Notes under the pieces: generated by a model | Databases searched by the model: none | What the model was told of the DNA's origin: nothing | The model's input: only the letters and a program-made list of their open reading frames with translations | Position numbers and translations under genes: made by a program | Part shown: in pieces, positions 39,537-51,500 of the stretch | How the letters are laid out: each line of letters starts with the position of its first letter | How positions within the stretch are numbered: the first letter of the stretch is position 1 | From: Epiperipatus broadwayi | Lineage: Eukaryota; Animalia; Onychophora | Length of the DNA stretch: 64,000 bases | Direction of reading: 5' to 3' | NCBI GenBank assembly: GCA_028023455.1 | Contig: JAQFVV010000002.1 | Coordinates: 26,784,001-26,848,000, forward strand

Positions 39537-40050
39537 TAAGTAATTTAGATTGCGCTTTACGCAAAAAAGTGAAGCTTGTCTCAATCTTATTAAAAAGTTA
39601 TATGGCTAAGCACTTTCAGAGACCTTGAGTCTCCATAATCATAGCCTACTTTTAACTGAAGTTTAGATGTGGTTTATGTAAAATTTATGCAAATTTTATA
39701 ATGACCATTTTCTGGAGATTGCAAAGCACGATTCTTTCCGGTTTATTGCACAATTGTCATTTGCACAACTATGCACTGAACGGAATGATATGAAACGAAA
39801 AATTAAAGAGGCGTGCTTTATTGCAAATGACAATTGTGCAATAAACCGGAAAGAATTGTGCTTTTCAATCTCCAGAAAATGGTAGTTATAAAATTTGCAT
39901 AAATTTTACATAAACCACAGCTAAACTTCAGTTAAAAGTAGGCTATGATTATGGAGACTCAAGGTCTCTGAAAGTGCTTAGCCATATAACTTTTTAATAA
40001 GATTGAGACAAGCTTCACTTTTTTGTGTAAAGTGCAATCTAAATTACTTA
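39537..40050 (+). mobile_element. PLE 3' end with near-perfect inverted pLTR; arms carry A3-U8 hammerheads
   Basis: Arms 39537-39765 and 39822-40050; spacer plus right arm encode LCTERNDMKRKIKEACFIANDNCAINRKELCFSISRKW* (GIY-YIG C-terminal E.N..KR...EA..I pattern). Confidence 0.88.
39941..39983 (+). ncRNA. Hammerhead motif with variant core AUGAUUA (identical mirror at 39604-39646, minus strand)
   Basis: GGCU AUGAUUA U GGAGAC ucaag GUCUCU GAA AGUGCU U AGCC: helix I 4 bp, helix II 6 bp, self-complementary helix III. Confidence 0.8.
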
Positions 40051-40169
40051 TAAATTTATGTAAACAATTTGTCATTATGTTAAAGTAATATTCATTGCTT
40101 AACTTGTTTGAGTAGTTCGAATTCCTTTCTCCACTTCCACACACACAGCTATGCGTGTATATAGTTTAG

Positions 40170-40410
40170 TTAAATCATAGTTAATAGATGTCTCATTGTC
40201 TTCTCAGCTCTGCCAGTGGACCGGATTTGAAATAAATTCTCATGTGCCATCATTGTTATGTTATCTATTAGGTGTTTGATCTGGGACTTAGAGAGTGGGT
40301 TCGAATCCAGACTGGTCCCTGACCTAAATCTTGGGTTTGACTGGGTTTGAAGTACAGTTTGTGAGTTCCAGCACATGTTAGATGGATAAACATGTTTTGA
40401 CCGGTACAAT
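40170..40410 (+). mobile_element. Possible tRNA-derived SINE remnant
   Basis: B box GGTTCGAATCC at 40298-40308 in a GC-richer block; no clear A box or cloverleaf. Confidence 0.35.
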
Positions 40411-41612
40411 ATATATACTTATTATTTACATATTAATAATCCATATACAGGAACCACCGAAGAATAACAAAATTTCTCCGTATCATCACTCTCTATAAAA
40501 AAATTTGGCGTCAAAATAAAAAAATAGGTAGACAAAAATATTTATTTTAGTTTTTTGGTAAATTAAATATTTAATTCATTTAGAAACAAACTATCTCTTA
40601 TTAATATTAGCATTTCCAAAATTATTACATAAAAAAAAAAAATTATCTTTCACATACCATCTGTAAGTCCATTGGGTAATATTGGTAGTATGTTTATCGT
40701 AAGTTGAGAATCGTTACTATAGAGGTTATCTTAACAATAGATTGTTAGATTATAGGGCTAATTTAAGTTTTGGCTGTTATTATGTGTTATATATATTGAA
40801 ACGAATTAAAGTTAAAGTCTAATTTTATCTGCACTCATGAAGTTCAAAAGTGTTATTAATAAAGACCATGGTGAGCTTGTTAAGTGTAGGGCATATATAT
40901 GTGGGACTAGAAAGAATAATCAATCTGTTTAAAATGAACAAACCTAGAGTGTGTGTGGATACATCAGATGTACAGATACCTCCGAAGTCATAATAAAATG
41001 AAATAGAATAATAATAATAATTATAAAAATTTACCCATATATAAAATTAAATTTCAAAGTTCATTTTAATATTTAAACATGCATTTGATATATGTAATGA
41101 CAGGATAACAAAATAAAAAGAAAAATCATGTTAATTCTACTAAGTGTCCGTGCACTTAAGTTAAACGTAAAAATTATCAGAAAAAAGTAATTTTTTATTT
41201 AGAATAAAATTAAAAGTAAAAAATGAGGGCATCTAAGGATTGATTCATTTTGTCATCATCATTGAATAATATCTGGTCTTGTCTATGAGGGAAACCTCAA
41301 TAATGTTGTTTTATAAGGTTGTTTAATATGATATTAATGTTTAATTTTATTTATATATATTTTAGGTAGTTATAAAAAAAAGGATATATACTTATGCATT
41401 TTAAAACATATGATATTAGTTATTGATTCAAAATTAATACTGATTCAAGAATAAAACACTTGGTAAAATTTACAAAGAAAAGTGTTTAAAATATTATTTA
41501 TGTCAATTTTAGGCAATGATATCAGTTAATAATAGTAGAAGTTTTTTATTCAACCTTTAAAGAATAATTGTTATATCGTATTACTTCGAATTTTGAATTT
41601 AAGATGCAAAAG

Positions 41613-41890
41613 GATTTTATAATAGGTAGTGAAAAATAATAAACATTTTTATTTGCTTAAATAGGAAACAAAAAAAAAAGTACAAATAGGGAATCCCGAA
41701 TAAATTTTTATCAACAATCATAATACTATGCGAACAGGATTTTAAAATTGGGAAGAAATATAAAAATGATTTTATAATAGATAGTGAAAAATAATAAACA
41801 TTTTTATTTACTTAAATAGGAATTTAAAAAAAAATATGCACAGGGAACTCTCAAATAAACTGTGATCAACAATCGTAATATTATGCACAC
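41613..41890 (+). repeat. Diverged tandem duplication, period about 155 bp
   Basis: GATTTTATAATAG.TAGTGAAAAATAATAAACATTTTTATTT occurs at 41613 and 41768. Confidence 0.8.
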
Positions 41891-42917
41891 ATGTAGAGCA
41901 TAAAGCACAGACATGATCATTGGGGAGTGGGAGATTGATAAAAATAAGATATTAAAATATTCGCTAAGAATTTAAACTTCACCCTAATTTTACATCTTCA
42001 AAATTAAAAAAAAAAAGCGTGGCTTAAATTTGTATTAATACGGTATTTAATAAAATATTACAAATACTATATATAAAACATAATTAAATGTTACAATACA
42101 TATGCATGTACCTATTGGTTCATATGTGAATGAATGAATTTACAATTTTTATGATATTGGATATTTCAGGTGGCAATGTATAGTGGGTGTACAAGCTATA
42201 AAGCATCATAATCAAGTGTTAACATTTATTACTATATACACCTGGGTCTCGTTTTATGTGGTAGATAGGTTCCTCAGAAAATGCGCACAAAAGAAATCGC
42301 ACAAAAATAAACGTAAATTACCTTAAAAAATAGGGGATATGTTCCAATATTTTTCAAAAGTCGCATAAAAGCAAAGCAACAAGGAAAATTACAATAAAAT
42401 TCGCATTAAAAAAATAAGAAAATAAAGTATGATTAATAAAAAATTCAAATATTTGAAAATAATTAATACAAGACAAACTTTTTTTACTTTTTTTATTAAC
42501 TACAGTATTTAATTTTACATTTTTTCATACATATTTTAATCATTACCGCTGTTTGAAAATATGTGTTCGTTTGTGAACTAGTAAGAAATCAGATTCATGA
42601 CGTGTTGTACAACTAGCGTCACTTTCAGTCTTCAGCTGTTTCTATATTAAAAAAATGAGATCATAATCAAAACAAAAAAATTATACATTATCATTAGAAA
42701 GACTATTTTCAGTTTATAAAATCAATAAAATCTTTGTTATTATTTATTTTAAAAATCTAAAAAAATATTTATTTCTGTTAATATTAACAAAATATATTTT
42801 AAAAGTTTAAAATTTTTGAATATTTATTGTAATATTTTTATACGTACATATAAATCTATTATTATTATTTGCTCATTAGTATAAGTAGGTTCCTTAGCTG
42901 ATAATGTACATCCTGGG

Positions 42918-44834
42918 ATGCATGCCATCCCTAAATTCCTACTATTATACCTTGATTACTTCATAATTCTGATACTAATGAAAATGATTAACCATCTTTC
43001 AACGGAAAAAAAAGAAATCCTGAATTTATATCCAGTAGCCCTGGTCCCTTTTTTAAAAAAGAACAAAGATCCTTCAAGCATGAACAGCATTAGATCCATC
43101 TCCATGACCCCCATTCTAATTAAAGTTATTGAGGGGGTCATCAAAGAAAAAATTCAACACAAGATACTAGACAATATTTCACAATACCAATTTGCCAGAA
43201 AGGGATCTTCTGCCCTCACAGCTATGGGGGAGGTAAAGACCCTACTTCATCACATCAGGAAAAATAGAATGTCAAGACCAATAGCAGTGCAGCTTGACAT
43301 CTCTGAAGCGTTCGATTCAATCAACATCGACATCCTCCTCTCAATCCTTAATAACCTGGATATTCCATTTCAAATCATATGCATTATTGAGAACTTGCTT
43401 TACAATCGTCAGGTTCATATTACATTAAACGGTACATACACAAATAGCTTTCTACCCAACATTTCACTGCCACAAGGATCACCTTTGAATGCCTTGTTAT
43501 TCATTTGCTACTTAAGGGAGATAGAAAACTCTCTCCCAGGAGTATACATTCCTCGACTCAGAAAATTCATTAAACTATTCACTTATATGGATGACGTCCT
43601 CGTCATACTCCCAGATCAAAAACATCTGTCAACACTATATTACATAATAGACAAATTCTCAAATGAATCACAGTTAAAATTCAATCCAGATAAATCAGCC
43701 TCATGGAAAATCTTAACGGGAAAGAAAATCAGCTCTAAATTCCTGGCCGTGCCCCAGGACTTCTTTGGTTTTCACATTTACATGTCTCAAACATCTATGT
43801 CCAAGCATATCCAGAATTCTCTCCTGAACTCTACAATTCAACTAGTCCAAACACTCTCTAGGGTATATCTTTCACTACAAGGGAAAGTATCACTTCTCAA
43901 TATGAAAGTTATATCCAAAATTGCTTATTATCTTCCCATAATCACATTAACAAAATCATTTATAAGAAAGATCAATAGACAATGCTCCCAACTCCTCTGG
44001 AGAGGGAAAATAAATTCCATAAGTATGGCGGCGATGCAACTCCATCGTAAAGCGAATGGTATGTCATTGCATTCTATTCTATCCTTATACTATCAGAAAT
44101 CCCATACCCTGATTTATAACTTGGTTTTAAAACATGGCAACTTCATTACTTCAGAAGTAATACACCCAACTGACAAACCACCACCTCATAACAACTCTTG
44201 GCTTGATGTTATTCTTCAGTATCTCAACCAATATCAGATAATCACCAATACCACTTTCAATTCCAAAATCTCTATATGGGATGCACATCTAATTTTGCAC
44301 CCAATCATCAATAATATAAAACCGTTCTTAGGGATCAACAATCACAAAATCACCTCCTTATTTAAATTCCTTAAATTAGAACCCAAATTTCTTACCTTCT
44401 TAATTAAGGTAAATCAAAATGCCATGCATACTAATCACTTTTTACACTTCAAGAGATATCTAAATAATATTGATCCAATATGCCTGCTCTGCAAGACTCA
44501 AGAGGATACTTTTGACCATATTATTAAATCGTGCCCTCAGCTGGTAGGCATTACACTGCTAATATCGCAAAGTTCGAGCATTGACTTTTACAAAATTCTA
44601 TCATTGAAAGACTCCTTACAAAGTAGACAATTTCCTTTCATTAGACTTTCATTGTTTTTAGTTCATACAATCTGGAGTGTCCATTGCAAACTAATCTTCA
44701 CCCTCCCACCTCCAAATCAGGATGTCATATTTATCGATCACCTTAATAAGTTAAAAAGTAAAGACCTTATCCTGTCTTCAAAATTCCTCTATAATGAGAC
44801 AAGGAATCTCTTTCAAATACCAAAAATCACCTAA
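42918..44834 (+). mobile_element. L1/Tx1-clade non-LTR retrotransposon, 5'-truncated, uninterrupted 638-aa RT ORF
   Basis: LDISEAFDSI, LPQGSPLNALLF, YMDD, LNPDKS-like FNPDKS, L1/Tx1 hallmark LSLQGKVSLLN...ISKIAYY...LLW, and zf-RVT CLLC...DTFDHIIKSC...IW..HCKLIF. Confidence 0.9.
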
Positions 44835-44971
44835 GACATAAACAATCACACACAAAATTTGATACTAGCATTTCCATTAGAGATTCTCCAGGGGATTAAA
44901 CTTTAGATCCATCACAGATTCTCAATTAGGATGTTAGAACTTTTTACCAAGAAAGACAATGTATTCACATA

Positions 44972-45908
44972 CACCTGGGTCTCGTTTTACGCGATAGATA
45001 GGTTCCTCAGAAAACACGCGCAAACGAAATCGTGCAAAAATAGACGTAACTTACCTTGAAAAGGGGGGGATACGGACTGTGATTTTTCAAAAATCGTGTA
45101 AAAGCAAAGCACCAACGTAAAATTACTTTAAAATTCGCGCAAAAAAAAAAATAAGGAAATAAAATATGACTAATAAAAAATTTCAAATTTGAAAAAAATT
45201 GATACAAGACAAACTTTTTTTAACTATAATATTTAATTTTATTCAAAACAATATATTTTTATGCATAATTTACAGTAATTTATATTTTTTTATACACGTT
45301 TTAATTATTATCGCTATTTGCCGGTAAACAGGTTCGTTTGCAAACTGATAAAAAAATCAGATTCTTCACAAGATGAAATACAACTAGCGCCAACGTCACT
45401 CTCATGTTGTGTTAATTAATGGTTTTCTGGTGACAACGTAATTAGTAATTAATCTAACAACTAAAAATTAAATTCTTATTTTTGTCTTTAATTTTCAATT
45501 TTAATTGTGCCCACTGCTATTACTCACCTTTTAAAAATAAAATTACGTTCTTTTTTAAAAAGCAAAAACAGAATGTGATTTAAAATGCAAAATTAACATG
45601 CACAATGTTTGAACAAATTTACATTATAATCTTGTAAAATTTAATGTGTGTATACATAAAATGTGGAAATCATGATTTTAATTTCATTATTGCATAAAAT
45701 CTTACTATTATAAAGCACTGAAAATATTGAAATTACTAAGATGAAAGTCGAATTCCAATAATGTGCTATTACTTTCAATATAACATAAGTGCGCGAAATT
45801 TATTATTTAAAGTAATAGCGCAATATCGGAGTTCGACTTCCGGTGAAACATGAATGGCGTAACTTCAAAATCATGTTAAATAAGTCTGCATAAAAAGAGA
45901 CCCAGGTG
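44972..45908. mobile_element. pogo/Tigger-like MITE copy B (complete, younger)
   Basis: TA|CACCTGGGTCTCGTTTTAC...AAAAAGAGACCCAGGTG|TA; left 400 bp colinear with copy A but CpGs retained. Confidence 0.85.
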
Positions 45909-46313
45909 TATTCTTAAATAATCAAATAATCAACTATTTTTCATTAATAAAGTTATTTTTGAAACTAAGATTCTAAATACACCTCAGGCCATATTCACGT
46001 TAGCTGCTAATATAACATTATATTTTTGAAAAAAAAAAAGTATTTCAAATCAAAATAAGTTATTAATAATTTAAATTTCTTGATATCTAATAAATATAGT
46101 GAAATATTAAAGATATTAAGAAGAAACATGAATTGCATAACTTCAAAATCGCATTAAAATAATCTGCATAAAACGAGAACCAGGTGTATTATAATTTAAA
46201 AATTGTTTCCTAACACTGTGATATAACTCATTTTATCACAATATATGATGGACTTTAAATCATATACAATAAATTATAGCAAAGTAAAACAAAAAAAGGA
46301 AATAAAATACTAC

Positions 46314-46589
46314 CTATCTTCATATTTTCTTTAATTTCCGGTGAACGATTAGTTTCTTGAATGTCCTTATGGTCAACTTCCATCTTGCTGTCTTCAAGTG
46401 CAGCTTCAAGAATCTCAGTTTGAGGAGTATTACTAGATTTCAAAACAGTTTTGTTGTCTTCCTTTATTTGCATTTTTACATCTCTATTTTCTCTAGATGA
46501 TGGGAAGTCAGCAGATCTTTTTCTTGAACTGGATGGGGCTGAGAATGGTTGGCCACATTTTGCTTTAACAAATGCAATTATTTTTGGAT
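46314..46589 (-). CDS. RPAP1: RPAP1 exon 5 (phase 1-1)
   Basis: DPKIIAFVKAKCGQP...KENMKI; completes the RPAP1_N LDP..xAF motif; open for 276 nt. Confidence 0.9.
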
Positions 46590-46761
46590 CTATGCAAAAA
46601 TGGAAAAGTAAATTAAAAAATTAAATTAAAAAAAAAAAAGAGTAACTGCTATAATATTTTTAACAAAATATAAAAATTTGGCTTAACAAATTCTAGAAAA
46701 TAACATATGCTAGAAAATCATCATAAAGTTACATCGGTCCAACATATATATATATACACAT

Positions 46762-47078
46762 AAATATAATGAGCGTCCTAATAGCTCTAAACAAGCTTTT
46801 TTTCCCCCCATAAATGTCGCAAGAGAAAACATTTAAAATCTCTATCTAGAATTATCTCTATCCCCAAACTGGTTTTGAGCTAATGGCTCTGGTCAGTGAG
46901 GCACTAGAACATTCAGACACTAGAACTAAAATACAAATTCAAGCCCAGCATTTATCGAATATTTAACTATAAAATAGAAAACCTGAAATTTTCAAACATC
47001 TACATGTCTACAAATCCAGCTATCTAAAAAAAAAAAAAAAAAAGCTTGTTTAGAGCTATTAGCACACTCATTATATTT
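46762..47078. repeat. Foldback element with about 40-bp inverted ends plus inner poly(T)/poly(A)
   Basis: AAATATAATGAG..TCCTAATAGCTCTAAACAAGCTTTT versus AAAAGCTTGTTTAGAGCTATTAGCACACTCATTATATTT. Confidence 0.7.
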
Positions 47079-47889
47079 ACATTTGTAAATACAAGTTTAT
47101 TAAATTAAGTCACGTGATATATGACTTCATTTCCTTACTAATATATATACATGTGTACACACACATATCTGTTAAGAAGTAAAGTAGAACAAATTTAGTA
47201 TGGTCTAATATAAATACTTCAGATTAATTATAGATGAATCCTTTATATGTACTGATTTGCTTTCAACATATATACGATAATTTTATTTTAATTTCATTGT
47301 TTATCTGTAGTAACTTTGCATATATATGCTAATATGCTGGCAAAGTGTATTATTCTATTTTCATCAGTTATCTGTTTGGTTTAGTGTACCTTTGGTGCTA
47401 AGCACCATGATCATAGCTGTATTTTTCGTTCGGTTTGCTGCTTTTATAGTGTGTATTTATTATTCTTAATATGTAAATGGGATAATTTACATATTCCACC
47501 AGTTGGATAATTGAATGCTATTAACTCTTTTGTTTATAATATAGTTATTTGCAATATACCAAGTCTCCTTTATTTTTCCTTTTCTGTTATCATGTTCCAA
47601 ACACCCTAATTTGATGTGATAATATGTTGGATTATTTCCTTTATCTATCATTAAATGTTAAATATAAAAAAAGTTTTAGAATTTATTTAAACTTTTCCAA
47701 TACAATCAAGTTAATGATTTTTAAAATTAGTTCTGCTTTAACATTTTTTGATTTTAGCCATTTATTTAAATCTTTTCCCCTCCTTATTCTAATTTTTACT
47801 TTTTCTTTTTTAATATGCTTTTTATTCTTGTTTTTTTTTTTTATCTATATGTCTATATCAAATCTTGTAAACCAATTATCATCCATATT

Positions 47890-48330
47890 TATCTTTGTCT
47901 AATCTGGCTGTCCAGACCACATATTCATATGATAACAATATTCAGAAAATTTCTATTTTCTTTGCTAATATAAAACCAATCTCTTTCTTCATAATCTGTG
48001 TTAATTATAGTTTCTAATACCATATATATTTCTTCATAAAATCAATTAAATATTCTGGTATGCCCATTTTCTTAAGAATATCTCCCAATTTAGAGTGAGC
48101 AACTGAATCGAAGGACATGTTGCAATGAATAAAATATAGAAACATTTTTTTTTAGCTTTTTCTATTATTTTACATGTATCAGCAATGATGTCTATTTTCT
48201 CGACTTTTCTCAAAATTAATTTTTACATATGGCAGTTCTCTTAATATATATATACTGATTTCCAAAATAACCTCATTTGCATTTGATATAAAAAAAATTT
48301 TGATAGTTTTCACTCTAACAGGACTTCTTT
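47890..48330 (-). mobile_element. RTE/BovB-like RT fragment
   Basis: SFDSVAHSKLGDILKKMGIPEYLIDFMKK...DYEERDWFYISK, matching AFDCVDHNKLWKILKEMGIP...TDWFQIGK. Confidence 0.7.
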
Positions 48331-48393
48331 TATTATAGGAATAAAAATTGATTTCTTCTAATCAGGTCATTAAATAATTTCACAAAATAATTG

Positions 48394-48514
48394 GATAGTA
48401 GGGACCTCTACAGGCGTTTAACCACAAGCTTACGCTATGGAAGAAAAGAGGGAAACCCTCTTTTCTTCCATAGCGTAAGCTTGTGGTTAAACACCTGTAG
48501 AGGTCCCTACTATC
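48394..48514. repeat. Near-perfect 59-bp hairpin with 3-nt loop
   Basis: Arms 48394-48452 and 48456-48514 differ at one position. Confidence 0.95.
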
Positions 48515-51500
48515 GCATTTTACATGCATATTCTCGAGGTTACAGCCTCAGTAAATATTACTTACGTAATCAATGTGCGTTTAATTAATTTATAATTACA
48601 ACTTCAAAATAATTGGAATAATTTATTTTATTTATTCTTTTTCCGTTTCTACAAAATTTGTGCTGCAACATTATCAATTTCAATGATTTCAGGGCTAAAC
48701 TGATTTATCTTCTATTATTATAAGGTTTTTGTAAAAAATAAAAGAGCACCATGTGCATTAGCTTAATGCTAATTATTATTACAGTTTAAAAACATCACGC
48801 TATATAAAGTAAATATCTTATTTACATATGTTTAATTTCAACTAAGAATGACGTATCATAAATTCTAGTAAATTTCGCAAGTGTCATTCATTCAGACATA
48901 GTAAAGGTAATTTAAAATGATTGTTAATATCTTCACACTCTCATTTTCAAATACTTAAGATTTGCCCATACTGTAACGGTCAGAATCGTCTATCTCGCTA
49001 ACACACTGCAGAATTCAAACCCCAGACACGAAACTGAACATTCTAGGAGGGGTTGCCTTCTAGATATACTAAGTTCAAATCTAAAGTCCAAATTTCACAG
49101 CGCCATCTACGTGATAATGCATCTGGTGCCACTACTAGTATAACCTTTGACCGGTGCCTGGTGGTCAGGGAGAAACAAAAGACTCTATACTAAAAGAAGT
49201 TTGGGTGGCTAATTAACGTCTATGGATTTACAAAAGAAATGCAGAAAATATATATATAGACCGAGACAGTGATAGGAATCAATAAAATAAGATATCAAAT
49301 TTAGTTTTAAATAATTTCACACAATTTATTTAAATAAATAAATAAAACGCCACTGTCTGCTTATATGAGACAGGGATGCGTATTAAATAATTTGGCATTA
49401 TATGACAAAAAGACTTTAGAACAAAGAGATATATTCTATTCCTCGGGCTAATAGCATTACGATAATGTGCTTGACGAGATAGGAACATGTGCGAGGTGCT
49501 TTGAGTAAGTATACAAGTTTAAGAAAATATTTGAAATTAAGTGTTCTAAAATATTCATTGATTTCGAGAATAGTACGGACAAAAGCTTGTTAAGCAACAA
49601 AGTGGGACTGTGATCAAAGCATTTATTTGAGAATAATAATAATAATAGTTACATTGGGAGGTCAGTATTGCTGATAATGAATTTATTAAAGTTGGAGGGT
49701 GTGACACGTTTAAGTCACGGATGCTTTGTAAAATAAATATAAAATAAAACAATATCGAATATCCGGAATGATTACGGAGGGCGTCTCGCCGCTAACCCGT
49801 AGGAAAGTATTTTGATGAACAGCCGAAACTTAGCGACTGTGTGACGATTGCGTTTAATTCCCAGGGGTGTCATTTGGGACACCCTCTGCCTGGAAACCGC
49901 AAGCGTGGAGAGAACGGCTTAGCCGTGTAAAGAATCCTTGGAAAAATAAAACAAAGCGGTCTCAACAACCAATTCATGTACCAGCAATACGAGACTAGAG
50001 TATAAAAAACATACTGAATGGGTTTTACTTGGATTAAGAGAAATGCCCAATCAAATTCCCCGAAATTCATTTAAAAAGGGTCCGCACATTCTCGACGTCA
50101 ATGATGAACTTTATAATTAAAGTAGAACATGGTAATTAAAATAAGAAAATGCATGCTTGCGGGTTTGAAAAGTAAGTATAGATTTATATATGCAATCATG
50201 CATTAGGGGACACATTTAATCATTGACTTCGCACATACTCTTATATTAGATTAAAATCAATAACATGTAGATTTTAAACTATGTGATTATATTATATTAA
50301 AGAAAAGAATCGCCCTCGAACAAGTGATTTGCAAAATAATAAAATTGGAAAATTATAAATTTAAAATATGCCTTAATAGCGGCGTCTTACTTTCAATAGA
50401 GAGAATAGTTCACTCGGTCAAAGATGATTCTGACACATTATCATAATAAAATAAAAGAAAGCTTTATAAATAGAAAATATTAACCCAAGGATAGAGAGCA
50501 AAATGTTGAGTATATTTAAATACATGAAAGAAATACATAATGAAGTTGTGAAATATAAGAAAACAATGTTAAATAGCTATAGCATGTTAGTTAGGAATCA
50601 CAAGAGCTCTTGGGTTAATTTGGGTTACCTCTGGAAATGCATTTGCAGGTAGATGTTCGGCAGGTTTTATAATTCAGCAGCAAAATCTGGAATGTTCATA
50701 TTTTGGCAGCGGCAGCATCAGTTCCGGGGTCCATGTGATAACTTCTGATGGTATGGAGCAGCGGCTGGCTATTCCGAGGGGACATAGCCATCTTAACGCC
50801 TCTACTCGGACATGTCAAGGTTAGCAAATTATTAGAATCTTAGAACAACTCAGAAACCTTTAGACAACTCAGAATTCTTTAAAAGCTTAGAAATGGAGAA
50901 CAAAAGAAAACCATCCTTTTTATAATAAAATTTAACAATAGACTTGCCCTGGAGCGTACAAAATTATTGGACTTATCTGCTGTAATTAAATCTATCCGAA
51001 TGTCTAAAGGAATTCAACATTAATTAATTTCTTTTGTTAACTTCCCCGTCGACATTCGAATTACAAACTAGATTTAATTAAAATTACTGCTACTAATTAA
51101 AGAAAACTTAAGTGGACAGCTGCTGTTTTTAGATAAACTTATATAATTAAACTATTGTCCCTCATTTATTTTAACAGAAATATTTGGGATGATTTTTATT
51201 AAATAAAACGAAAATTATTTTATTTTAAATTGTAATATTTGAATCTATCTACTAAACGAATATTTACTAAATGAATTTTATTTTAAATCAAAATATATTA
51301 CGATGGTAATATATTTGTAAATAGATCCAAACAAAATAACTAACAATTTATAATTTTGATATGTTTTAAAATGGATATCATAGTGTGTGCGCAATTACGA
51401 CTTATATAACTTACTTTTTAATAAATGTAAATTATGTGAACAAATACATAATTCATAATATTTTATTTTATTTGGAAATAAGTTATATATATAATATAAG

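Larger units (their letters stand above)
42239..46186. mobile_element. pogo/Tigger-like MITE copy A (outer element, interrupted)
   Basis: TA|CACCTGGGTCTCGTTTTA left terminal inverted repeat (TIR) at 42239 and TAAAACGAGAACCAGGTG|TA right TIR ending at 46186; TA duplication is typical of Tc1/mariner-pogo. Pairing these two ends is inferred. Confidence 0.6.

Noticed and set aside
49780-49800. HDV-like L3 or telomerase-template-like GCGTCTCGCCGCTAACCC
   Set aside because: No P1 partner upstream, and the CTAACCC run is too short to be a template.
50771-50783. ATTCCGAGGGGAC resembling part of the HDV ribozyme P4
   Set aside because: The surrounding sequence does not form the P1/P2/P3 double pseudoknot; treated as coincidence.
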